A stretch of 43,897 bases of DNA from a virus (taxonomy: Duplodnaviria > Caudoviricetes), in the IMG/VR virus record IMGVR_UViG_3300027419_000009, positions 1-43,897 of that record, one strand, 5' to 3'. The notes beneath the pieces are model-generated. The model was not told the origin of the DNA and did not search any database. It worked only from the letters and a program-made list of their open reading frames with translations. This document shows positions 17,514-26,358 of the stretch, piece after piece. How positions within the stretch are numbered: position 1 is the stretch's first letter; every line of letters begins with the position of its first letter. The position numbers and the translations under genes were made by a program.

Positions 17514-18295
17514 AAATCAATGCGCCCCTTCTCTATACCAACAATGCCCTTCCCATCATAAATAAATTCTGCCTTTTCATTATAAATAGGCTTACCGATA
17601 ACCGTTGCTGTTTCGGTTTCGGTAACCTCAGTGACAATGATTTCCCCTGATAAAATTTTAGAGATCATAGACTCTGCATATTCATTCCAAGCGTTTACCG
17701 ATTCATAATCAGAATCAGATTGACGGATCATAAACAGGTCGGAAAATATTCTAAAAGCAGTTCCGCGCTTGATGATCTCAAGGATTGTCCCATCAATATC
17801 AACCCCTGTTTCCCCTGTTTTTGCTGGAAAAGTTAGGCTGACAACTTTCCGCAATCTTGATATTAAATAGGCTAGATAGTCATCCAAATAATTTTCTAAA
17901 TCGTTTTCTGTAAGATCCGTGCTGGTAGTAAAAGATATGGTCTCTCCATTAACCGGGATACCAACCCATGCAGTTTTTGGGATGGTTATTAATTCATCGG
18001 GTGTAACATAATCAACCGTTATAGCAGAATCCCCCAGCAATTGCGATCCGTGATCAAGATAACCGGGGGATTGTTGCACCAATTTGCCATAAATTTCTGT
18101 TTCGCCGGAAGCCACTGAGATAATAAAATCATATCTATATGATCCCTTGAAAGTGCTGGATAAAGTAATTCCAGACAGCCGGGAATCCCCTGAATAGCTC
18201 ATTATCTGGGCAGTGTTACCAATCCCGATTTTTTTTGATGTTACATTGAGAATCAGTTTGATTTTAGATACTAGATCGGTATATAGATATGCCAT
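17507..18295 (-). CDS. Head-tail adaptor (Mu gp36-like) with an inserted beta domain (262 aa)
   Basis: C-terminal helical adaptor pattern (LENYLDD..YLISRL..TFP..ILEII..AFRIF..YAESMISKILSGEI); about 100-aa extra beta segment. Confidence 0.6.
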   Translation of the reverse strand: MAYLYTDLVSKIKLILNVTSKKIGIGNTAQIMSYSGDSRLSGITLSSTFKGSYRYDFIISVASGETEIYGKLVQQSPGYLDHGSQLLGDSAITVDYVTPDELITIPKTAWVGIPVNGETISFTTSTDLTENDLENYLDDYLAYLISRLRKVVSLTFPAKTGETGVDIDGTILEIIKRGTAFRIFSDLFMIRQSDSDYESVNAWNEYAESMISKILSGEIIVTEVTETETATVIGKPIYNEKAEFIYDGKGIVGIEKGRIDLC

Positions 18296-18304
18296 TTTAT
18301 CCCT

Positions 18305-18622
18305 TTATACTACATCAATTTTTTTAATGAATTTTGCGAGATTTGGGTTTTTCTCAGCGCATTTTACTAGGTTCTTTCCCGGATTTTCAACAATTTCATT
18401 TTCTGAATAAATCAATCCATCTGCAACTAATCCACTGACTAAAACGATAATAGAACCGGCTTTAATCTTTCCCAGTTTTTCTTTTAATTCATTAGCATTT
18501 TTCGGTGTTTCATTGTCAGATTTTTTTTCATCTTTAGGATCAGAATTGTTGTTTTTTTCATCCTTTTGATCAGGATTTTGATTTTCATCTTTTTTATTAG
18601 TGCTTCCTTTCGGTCTTGCCAT
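18305..18622 (-). CDS. Small charged head-associated protein (105 aa)
   Basis: MARPKGSTNKK basic N-terminus, low-complexity linker; typical position between capsid and adaptor. Confidence 0.55.
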   Translation of the reverse strand: MARPKGSTNKKDENQNPDQKDEKNNNSDPKDEKKSDNETPKNANELKEKLGKIKAGSIIVLVSGLVADGLIYSENEIVENPGKNLVKCAEKNPNLAKFIKKIDVV

Positions 18623-18639
18623 TTGCTCACCTTCTTTCT

Positions 18640-18680
18640 AAAAAAAATTCCCCTTTAGTTTCCGGGCAACCAAAGGGGAT
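18640..18680 (-). terminator. Intrinsic terminator ending the capsid transcript
   Basis: Minus strand TCCCCTTTGGTT-GCCCGGA-AACTAAAGGGGA followed by ATTTTTTTT. Confidence 0.85.
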
Positions 18681-18719
18681 GAATTAAAGTATGATTCCCG
18701 GCGCATACTTAAAACTTGG

Positions 18720-19154
18720 CTATTCCATAAGAGGGACTTTGCGGATATAAATTATAAAACTTGTTTCAGTTGTTAAGTTTGGGTCAGGGACAACAATCAA
18801 CCCTTTATAACAACGGATATACGGATTAAAATTATAAAATTTTTCATCGGCAGAAGATTTTACGGGCGGGACAATTATTTTCATTACATTGGTTGCCTGC
18901 GCGTAGGTAGTCGCATCACAAAAATTTATCCATGCCGTTGATGTAGTGCTTCCGGAAATGGCAATCCCATAAACATAACAGGGGGTCGTAGATACCACAA
19001 ACCCAGTTGAGGATTGAGTAGCCGTGATCTTATACTGAGCGGTAGCCTCTGCATATTGAGCTGAAGCCGGGACAGGGATCACCATAAAAGCCATGATCGA
19101 AACAATGGCTATGATAACTAAAATAGCTGAAAGCGGATAGTCTTTTCTAATCAT
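18720..19154 (-). CDS. Signal-peptide-bearing small beta-sandwich protein directly after MCP (144 aa)
   Basis: Hydrophobic core ending in PASA|Q (SPase I-like); mature part Thr/Ser/beta-rich; strong AAGGAAGGA RBS. Confidence 0.7.
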   Translation of the reverse strand: MIRKDYPLSAILVIIAIVSIMAFMVIPVPASAQYAEATAQYKITATQSSTGFVVSTTPCYVYGIAISGSTTSTAWINFCDATTYAQATNVMKIIVPPVKSSADEKFYNFNPYIRCYKGLIVVPDPNLTTETSFIIYIRKVPLME

Positions 19155-19195
19155 TTTTTTCCTTCCTTATATTGCAAATTATGAATAAATATTAT

Positions 19196-20203
19196 TTAGC
19201 TAACATCGGCAATAATAATATTATTCGGTTTTTTGACAATTGGCAGCCCGTTCTGTCCAACAAACATTTGAAGGGCAACTGGGTTTTTTGTAACATCAAC
19301 ATAACTAAAAAGCCCGGATACAAAATCAATTGATTGCCGGTTGATATTGGGGACAGCTGCAACTCCGGTCTGGAATTCATAAACTCCATTATTCGGGGTA
19401 TCAATCAACGCTTTACCGGTCGGGACATAATATTTTGCAACCCCGGAAGCAGTATACATTTCATCCCGGATTTCAAAATTAAATCCCTTCAGGCGCATGA
19501 TGTTGTCATCAACCAAAATATCGCGCCGGACATCCGAAACATCACGCATCATTTCATTGATGGCTTTGTTTTTTAAAATATAATTCCGGGTAATACCATT
19601 GATAACAATATTGGTTGCAACATCACCCGAGTCGGCAGCAATTTTTTGACGGAAGGTTGCCAGATCACCAATAATATCAGCTTCCGGATCAGCCCAAGAA
19701 ATGGCGGTTTTGACCTTGTGATCAGCCGGAATATTGTAATCAACTGTAAGTTTAATATCAGACTGATCTATGGTTATTTTCCCGTTCATCAATGCCTGCC
19801 AGCATGCGTATTCATAAATTCTATGCAGGGCAGCAACAAGATCAACTTGCTCACGCTGAATCTTGTCGGCGTCTCCGCGTTCAGTGGCATTATCCAGCTT
19901 AGAGATTTTGGCAAGCAGATCACCATGAAGGGTTTTATACAAAGCTGCATTAAGAACCATTGAGGTTCGGGGAAATTCGGTTAAAAGTTCAACGCTTTTA
20001 GCCGGCGCATTAGGAGCCTTAAACCCTTCAGCAATATTACGGCTGTAATTTACTTCATTCCATTTCGCAGAATCTCCTGGGAGATCAACCCGGTTAGTGT
20101 AATATCCGAATCTCTTGAGTCCCGGAAGTATAGCTGCCTGAGTGAAATTTTCAACGGATTTCGTTAGAAATTCGATGGAAAAGATTTCGGCAAAAGTGGT
20201 CAT
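19196..20203 (-). CDS. Major capsid protein (lambda gpE-like, HK97 fold)
   Basis: 'RIYEYACWQALMNGKI..VDY.IP..H...W.DP.ADIIGDL' and C-terminal 'LPIVKKPNNIIIADV' typical of Phage_cap_E. Confidence 0.9.
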   Translation of the reverse strand: MTTFAEIFSIEFLTKSVENFTQAAILPGLKRFGYYTNRVDLPGDSAKWNEVNYSRNIAEGFKAPNAPAKSVELLTEFPRTSMVLNAALYKTLHGDLLAKISKLDNATERGDADKIQREQVDLVAALHRIYEYACWQALMNGKITIDQSDIKLTVDYNIPADHKVKTAISWADPEADIIGDLATFRQKIAADSGDVATNIVINGITRNYILKNKAINEMMRDVSDVRRDILVDDNIMRLKGFNFEIRDEMYTASGVAKYYVPTGKALIDTPNNGVYEFQTGVAAVPNINRQSIDFVSGLFSYVDVTKNPVALQMFVGQNGLPIVKKPNNIIIADVS

Positions 20204-20230
20204 GTTTTTATTTGAATCCTTTCATTGCCA

Positions 20231-20617
20231 TTAAGATTTTACATCATTCAGCCAACAAACTTTTGCGGCTAAATCAGTTTTGGCATTCGCGTCAATTCCA
20301 GAGGTAGAAGGAAGTTTTGCATAATCAATATGAGCGTTTCCCTCGACAATGGAAACAACCTGATCATAATCTGAAGGGTCAACCCCGGAAGCCAAGAATG
20401 CAACGGCAACTTCCCTACCATCGGATTTAGTGTCATCATATTTTACATATTTTCCGGTGGCAGTAACTTTTCCTAAAACAGTTCCGCTGACCATTGCAGC
20501 TTCTCCTGCCGGGATAGTTGCGCTTGCCATATGGCAGCTATCAGGATTTAAGAGCCAAGCCCCCACCCCGAAAGCCTGAGGGGTAATACTGGAAAGTCCT
20601 ACGGGTTTATCAGACAT
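20231..20617 (-). CDS. Head decoration protein (lambda gpD-like)
   Basis: 'SGTVLGKVTATGKYVKYD...DGREVAVAFL' motif; between scaffold and MCP. Confidence 0.85.
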   Translation of the reverse strand: MSDKPVGLSSITPQAFGVGAWLLNPDSCHMASATIPAGEAAMVSGTVLGKVTATGKYVKYDDTKSDGREVAVAFLASGVDPSDYDQVVSIVEGNAHIDYAKLPSTSGIDANAKTDLAAKVCWLNDVKS

Positions 20618-21079
20618 TTATTTAATCTCCTGTTTTTTACCGAATATTTTATTCACGCCCTCAGAAGCAAGTTTATCTAATCTGGCTTCCCTTTCTTCAG
20701 GCGATTCAGATAAAGTTTTTCCGGTATCTGTTTTCGATAATTGCTTAAAAAGTTTTGTAACTTCATCCCCGCGTTTATCAAACATAGTGATAAAAGATTC
20801 TACCGGATCAACCTGAGTTTTGATTTCAGTTCCATCGGCAGCTTTAGAGAGAGTTATAATCTTACCCGATTCATCAAAATCACTCTCAACAATCTTTTTT
20901 AATCCTTCAGCTTCCACTGGAAGTATTTTTCCCTGAGCGGATAAAACATCAATTTTACTAAGCAGCTTGGTCTTTCTTTCTGCTAACTTTCCCGTTTCAA
21001 TCGTTTTGGAAAGTTCAATGTTTTTTTGTTTCAATCGCTCATTTTCTTCCTGAATTTTTTTCATTTCTTCAGGGGTCAT
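20618..21079 (-). CDS. Nested in-frame scaffold protein (153 aa, Mu gpZ-like internal start)
   Basis: Internal AAAGGCGGTG RBS before ATG 21079 (MTPEEMKKIQEE...), at the protease/coiled-coil boundary. Confidence 0.6.
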   Translation of the reverse strand: MTPEEMKKIQEENERLKQKNIELSKTIETGKLAERKTKLLSKIDVLSAQGKILPVEAEGLKKIVESDFDESGKIITLSKAADGTEIKTQVDPVESFITMFDKRGDEVTKLFKQLSKTDTGKTLSESPEEREARLDKLASEGVNKIFGKKQEIK

Positions 21080-21826
21080 AGTTTGATCATCACCGCCTTT
21101 ATCGGATTTATTGGAATATAAATCTTTGGATAAAAAATACATTTTTCCATTTTGAGATAAATAAACAGGCTCATTGAGAACCCCACCTAATGCTGGAAAG
21201 TTTGTAAAACTCAACTCAAATAAAACGGGTCCGAGCGATCCCTTCACCGGATGAATAAAATCATCAACCAAACCAGGTGAAACATAGGAAAATTTCTTAT
21301 CTTCAACTATCAGTTTTTTTCCTTCCTCAGAGAAATTCGGAAGGGCTAAAAGAGTCAACATCCCTGATTCATCGGTTGAAAGTTTTATATCTGTAACCTG
21401 ACCGTAAGAACCAAGCCCCCTGTTATGCTCGAGCAAAATAGAAGTTTTTATATCCGTCTCAAATTTTTTGAAATTATCATAGAGGGACTGAATATAATTT
21501 TTAGAAAATTCTATCACCCCATATTTATCGGTTTTAAATTTTCCCTCTCTCAATACTTCAATCCAGCCTGAATTATCAGACTTTGAGAGTGTTATATATT
21601 CCGGGTAATGAAAATTTATAACTTGGTCAGAATTATTGACGTTTTTAACATATTCCCCCTGATCGTTTAGAAAATACCCAATTTCAGCCCATGCAGCGGA
21701 TTCAGCTTTTTTATCATCTAAAAATTTATCCACCCAATAATTAAAATAATTCATCCATGATTCGGATTGATAAAGAGTAAGTGCTTGAACCTCATTAGGT
21801 AATTCATCGATTTTGGTAAATTTCAT
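20618..21826 (-). CDS. Prohead protease / scaffold (Mu gpI-like)
   Basis: 'WIEVLREGKF', 'LEH', 'FSYVSP', 'LFELSFTNFPAL' protease motifs; coiled-coil C-terminus. Confidence 0.85.
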   Translation of the reverse strand: MKFTKIDELPNEVQALTLYQSESWMNYFNYWVDKFLDDKKAESAAWAEIGYFLNDQGEYVKNVNNSDQVINFHYPEYITLSKSDNSGWIEVLREGKFKTDKYGVIEFSKNYIQSLYDNFKKFETDIKTSILLEHNRGLGSYGQVTDIKLSTDESGMLTLLALPNFSEEGKKLIVEDKKFSYVSPGLVDDFIHPVKGSLGPVLFELSFTNFPALGGVLNEPVYLSQNGKMYFLSKDLYSNKSDKGGDDQTMTPEEMKKIQEENERLKQKNIELSKTIETGKLAERKTKLLSKIDVLSAQGKILPVEAEGLKKIVESDFDESGKIITLSKAADGTEIKTQVDPVESFITMFDKRGDEVTKLFKQLSKTDTGKTLSESPEEREARLDKLASEGVNKIFGKKQEIK

Positions 21827-21930
21827 ATCAACCTCAAATTTTTAATTAACTCTGTTATATCAGATTGCATCATAAAAAATCAAAATATTATTTTCTAATA
21901 TTTTTTTAAAAAAGTATTCTAAAAAATAAT

Positions 21931-22170
21931 ATAGAGTATCAATACACTAAAGATAGAGTATCTATACTCTATCGTAAAGGCTTTATATTCTTTACTTATT
22001 CTTTACTTATTCTTTACTTATTGCAGTGTGGGTATCTATACCCTATTTATACAGTATTGATAGAGTATCTATAGAGTATTTAAGTTTAATAATTTAAATA
22101 TTATAAGTAAATTTTATTATCTAAGATCTAGATATAAGAATAGGGTATAGATAGACTATCCATACCCTAT
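21931..22170. repeat. Origin-like iteron array B (inverted relative to array A)
   Basis: 9-mers at 21931, 21953, 21964, 22038, 22049, 22060, 22071, 22140, 22151, 22162 (11-bp period); (CTTTACTTATT)x3; AT-rich 22080-22140. Confidence 0.8.
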
Positions 22171-22182
22171 TAATAAGATTTT

Positions 22183-24423
22183 TTAGAAAGATTTGTGGTC
22201 TAAAAGGTCATCTGTGGGGCGAATATAGTTCGGTTTTCGGTTAACCGCCAGCATAGATTTCCGTAAATAAAACATTATACAGCGGCATCCTTCATGGAAA
22301 TCTGGCTGCATTTCTCCCCAGTCTGGATTGTTTACAGATATGATTTGCCGGTCTAAATATTTACATAATGGACAGGTTGAACTATCAATTATTGCTGAAT
22401 ATTGCCCGGCAACTATTGGATCATCACCACCATTTTTCTCAACAAAATATTCAACATCTGACCGACCTAGATTTACAAAAATACCTGACTGAGTTAATGC
22501 CTGATTTTTAATATAGCCGGTTGCCCAATCAGATATTGCGGTAATAGCTTTGTTGATGATCTGAAGATTTGACATTGATTTCTGATAACTCATTTGCGCT
22601 GATAATTGTGCTTTTTTGGTCATGATATTAAAAGCGTCTTGAGTTAGAGTATCGGAAATACCTATGATATTAGACCTTGATTCATTAGGTATTGATGTTA
22701 ATTTAACACCCAGTTCATTCTGCGCCCCGGTAAATCCGAGCTGATAGCAATCAGTCAGAAATCCTTTTATAACTGACTCCCATTTACCAGAGTATTTTAT
22801 TTTAAGATTTTGAATCTCCTTTGTTGGATTACTGGTATCCAACCCTTTTTCAAGGTCTTTTTTGATTGCCGGGATAATATCATCATCTAAGATTTTTAAA
22901 AGTTCTGTTTGTAAATTTTGTTCCGCAGAATCCCATGAGTTAGATAAGTTTATTATCCCCTGTTTTCCTAAAGCCTTGTCTTCAACCCAGGTTAAATCCC
23001 TATGCCAGATAAAATCATTTTTAGATAAGGTCTTATCAGGTTCAATTTTCCCTTTTACGGGGATATTGTTTTTATCCGCTGGATTATCCAGCTCACCATC
23101 ACTTTTATCAGCCACAAGCATATTTACAGGGTCTGGCTGTTTATCTTCATTTTCTTCAAGGGGAATACCAAATAGGTTAGATAAATATTTTAAATCAACT
23201 TTGATTGATTTATTTTGAACCAATGATTTAAGGACATCGGATAAAACCGCCTTTTGTTCAGCGGTCATACCCTCAGCCTCGATGGTAACTTTTGGCGCGT
23301 TAACTCCATAATTGAAATCGACCAGCCATTTTATAAGGGTATTCTCAATTGTCTGATAAAGGTCTGTCTGTATAGCCTGCAATAAATTAAAATACATTTC
23401 CTCATGGGTTTGAGCCAATGAATAGGAACCAGACCCAGTTATATCTTGTGTCAAAACCCGTTCAGGGATCAGCATGGATCTTAATATCATGGTTTCAAAA
23501 TGGTTTAAGGCAGCTAAAAATTTATCACTTGCCTGCTTACTATCTTCCATCATAAAAATATCCATCATCGGGACATAACCTTTATCGTCTGAGGGCATGG
23601 CAGGTAATGTAACGGCGCAACCATCCGAGATTGACAGCATAGCCTTTTGACACTCAGCCATCATATTTATATCATTCCCAGCTGAATCTTTTTGAGGTGT
23701 AGCATTGGCAAACCCTTTCATCCAGGGCAGACCTTGCCGCTCAAAATATCTAAGCATTGATTGGACAAGAATGATTGAATGATACCACCATTCATAGACG
23801 GGGATTAAAATTGATTCTCCGTTGAGATTATCCCAGTAGCCATCAAACGTATTATGGAATGCCTTCGGACCAGAAAGCAAAATATTACTGGTAGAATCAT
23901 TTATCCTTGAAAGTTGTATATAACCGAATTCATCATATTCAGGTTTGTAATCGGATGGGTATAATTCCTTTACCGAATCAATAATAAAAGCATTTTTGCT
24001 TATCTTCATATCATCTACATCGAAACTATAATCTACAACATTTTTCCATATAATTTCATGGGGGGAGCGCCCATAATCCAATGATAAAAGTGATGTTTTT
24101 ATCAGGTTCATCCAGATCGGATCAAAAACTGATTTTATAAAACTCTGAATTTCAGGATCAGTGCATTTAAAACTTACTTTACTTCCAATGATAGGATATT
24201 TCAGAAAGGATAGTCCAAACTTTACCATCCCGTTTTTTCTCATTTTGGATATAATTCTATCATCTAAATTATCAACCGATGATACATATTTACCGCCTGT
24301 CAATGAATCAGGGGAAGCGAAATAAAAACTGGAATAACCAGCATTTCTGAGCTGATCAGTTACTCTGCCGATTGGCGGTTTACTCCCATTACCTGGCTGG
24401 GAAAGATTCTTTTTACCTGACAT
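22183..24423 (-). CDS. Portal protein (Mu gp29 / DUF935-like) fused to a MuF / SPP1 gp7-like head morphogenesis domain
   Basis: Portal motifs 'G.SIL..Y..W', 'FERQGLP', 'GSYSLAQTH'; C-terminal 'YSAIIDSSTCPLC..LD...PDFHEGCRC'; probable ATG 24423 with AGGAG RBS. Confidence 0.85.
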   Translation of the reverse strand: MSGKKNLSQPGNGSKPPIGRVTDQLRNAGYSSFYFASPDSLTGGKYVSSVDNLDDRIISKMRKNGMVKFGLSFLKYPIIGSKVSFKCTDPEIQSFIKSVFDPIWMNLIKTSLLSLDYGRSPHEIIWKNVVDYSFDVDDMKISKNAFIIDSVKELYPSDYKPEYDEFGYIQLSRINDSTSNILLSGPKAFHNTFDGYWDNLNGESILIPVYEWWYHSIILVQSMLRYFERQGLPWMKGFANATPQKDSAGNDINMMAECQKAMLSISDGCAVTLPAMPSDDKGYVPMMDIFMMEDSKQASDKFLAALNHFETMILRSMLIPERVLTQDITGSGSYSLAQTHEEMYFNLLQAIQTDLYQTIENTLIKWLVDFNYGVNAPKVTIEAEGMTAEQKAVLSDVLKSLVQNKSIKVDLKYLSNLFGIPLEENEDKQPDPVNMLVADKSDGELDNPADKNNIPVKGKIEPDKTLSKNDFIWHRDLTWVEDKALGKQGIINLSNSWDSAEQNLQTELLKILDDDIIPAIKKDLEKGLDTSNPTKEIQNLKIKYSGKWESVIKGFLTDCYQLGFTGAQNELGVKLTSIPNESRSNIIGISDTLTQDAFNIMTKKAQLSAQMSYQKSMSNLQIINKAITAISDWATGYIKNQALTQSGIFVNLGRSDVEYFVEKNGGDDPIVAGQYSAIIDSSTCPLCKYLDRQIISVNNPDWGEMQPDFHEGCRCIMFYLRKSMLAVNRKPNYIRPTDDLLDHKSF

Positions 24424-24449
24424 AAATTCTCCTATCAATCTATCAATTT

Positions 24450-25883
24450 TTATCTTCTTTCAGCTGCCATAATCTTACTGGCAACTATTGTCTTAGGTCT
24501 AAAAAATTTCAGCATTAATGCGTCAGCTCTATCCGGTGATTTGCCAATCCTTTTTTTCATATCTTCTTTAGATTCCATGATTATTTTTCCGTTGGAATGA
24601 AATTTATATTTAATAACCGTTAGCTGACTTATCAATTCTTGATCATCTCCGGATAGGCTTATTAAATCATATTCATCAAATCTTTCACCATTTTTAACAT
24701 ATTTATAAGTATTTTCAAACCGTTCTCTGAGATTCCAGTATAACTCGGCTCTGAGATTATAAAACCGCTCATGATCATTTGCAGCCATGGAAACATTAAC
24801 CCCATTAATCCCATGAATAGATTTTGACTGATCATAAACTCCAGCTCCCACCCCAATAATATCAATATTGGAATGGATCGCATTTAATTGTTTATGCTTA
24901 TTTTTTATCCATCCGGCATTTTCATTAGTATCAATACCGAATTTCCCTTCTATTCCCTCAATACAAGATCCCCTGCCATAAACTATTACCGATTCATCAT
25001 CCCCGTATCTGGCAACATCATGACCAATTGTATTTCTCCAATCGGATTTTGGTTTAAAAGCATTTATAGCCGTTTCAACCCAATCTAAAGTAATGAGATT
25101 ATCCGAGCCTGATTTAATAAAATCTGCTTTAACACGGGCTGTGAAAATTGGTGAATCTTCACCATATCCAAGTTTATCCTTGATGGATTCCGCTGTTACC
25201 TGTGGGGTTAAAGGGTTAGGTATCCATGAGCCTGATTTATCTTTTACAGCGGATGGGAATGAAAAGCATTTCCAGTTTTTTCTGAAGGTAGTAAATATCT
25301 TGTGAAAAAATCCTTGTTCATAACCTGGAACTGAGCAAAAGAGCCATTTATTTTCTTTTCCGGTCAAAGCTCCTGTGATAGCATCGCAAATTTCATCCTT
25401 TACTCCCTTGCCTTCATCTGTGATATATAACAGATGGTCGGCATGGAAGCCCTCAGCTCTCGCTGGATCTGAGGCTGTAAATCCCAAAGTAAACCAATCT
25501 TCAATATGATTGCCCTTGCCATCTAACATATATGCTGAATTGCTTAGCAGGTCAATATTATCCCTGAAATCAAAATTCCGAAACCATCTGGAATATTCTG
25601 ACCAAAAAATATCGACCTGCCGGGCAACCCCTGCGGTCATAGGGACTTTAGCGGAAGGTCTTGTTGACATAAACCAGATGGCGGAAAAACATTCAAAAGC
25701 CGTTTTTCCAATACCATTACCGGCTTTTAATGCTATTCTGTCGTATTCAGCTAAAGCGTTTAATACATCACATTGCCAAGGCTGGGGCGTAACATGGATA
25801 AAATCCTGAACAAAATCTACCGGGTTATCAATATAATGGCTGTAAACTTTACTTACTGTCCTATTTTGATTTTTTTTCATCAT
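24450..25883 (-). CDS. terL: Terminase large subunit
   Basis: Walker A AGNGIGKT, Walker B YITDEG, nuclease GHDVARYGDDESV and SPDRADAL. Confidence 0.95.
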   Translation of the reverse strand: MMKKNQNRTVSKVYSHYIDNPVDFVQDFIHVTPQPWQCDVLNALAEYDRIALKAGNGIGKTAFECFSAIWFMSTRPSAKVPMTAGVARQVDIFWSEYSRWFRNFDFRDNIDLLSNSAYMLDGKGNHIEDWFTLGFTASDPARAEGFHADHLLYITDEGKGVKDEICDAITGALTGKENKWLFCSVPGYEQGFFHKIFTTFRKNWKCFSFPSAVKDKSGSWIPNPLTPQVTAESIKDKLGYGEDSPIFTARVKADFIKSGSDNLITLDWVETAINAFKPKSDWRNTIGHDVARYGDDESVIVYGRGSCIEGIEGKFGIDTNENAGWIKNKHKQLNAIHSNIDIIGVGAGVYDQSKSIHGINGVNVSMAANDHERFYNLRAELYWNLRERFENTYKYVKNGERFDEYDLISLSGDDQELISQLTVIKYKFHSNGKIIMESKEDMKKRIGKSPDRADALMLKFFRPKTIVASKIMAAERR

Positions 25884-26358
25884 GCGCTTTAAGAATCAGA
25901 TCAGCCAAAGACAGCCCCTTTATATTATTATCGATCTCCTGCCGGTCTGCCCAATTTTCGCGATCCCTATTTTTAAGCCAGAATATACAGGCGGTAACAT
26001 CCGGGGAAACATGTTTTTTTGTAATCTCTTGTCTTACCTTCTCAATTTTTCCTGAGCGGTCTTGAATGACTTTCAATTCCTCATACTCATAGCCTAAAGC
26101 CCGTTTATAGAGTGATTCGACTACTTTTTTATCAGCCTCTTTTTTCCCTGCGCTTAACGATTCAAAAAATTCAGGGTGCGCCTGTTTCCATTTATCAACG
26201 CATTCAGCCGAAACCCCTAAAACATGGGAAATATCTTTATCTGTTAATCCCACCTCATATAATTTTTGAATCTTGGTCAGGTCAATCTTATACTTAAATT
26301 CTTTTGTTTTGTATTTACCTATTTTGGGTCTGACCCTCTTTTTTTTGATATCTGTCAT
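25861..26358 (-). CDS. terS: Terminase small subunit
   Basis: HTH N-terminus; 'VVESLYKRALGY' and 'PDVTACIFWLKNR' motifs; directly upstream of terL. Confidence 0.85.
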   Translation of the reverse strand: MTDIKKKRVRPKIGKYKTKEFKYKIDLTKIQKLYEVGLTDKDISHVLGVSAECVDKWKQAHPEFFESLSAGKKEADKKVVESLYKRALGYEYEELKVIQDRSGKIEKVRQEITKKHVSPDVTACIFWLKNRDRENWADRQEIDNNIKGLSLADLILKAHDEKKSK

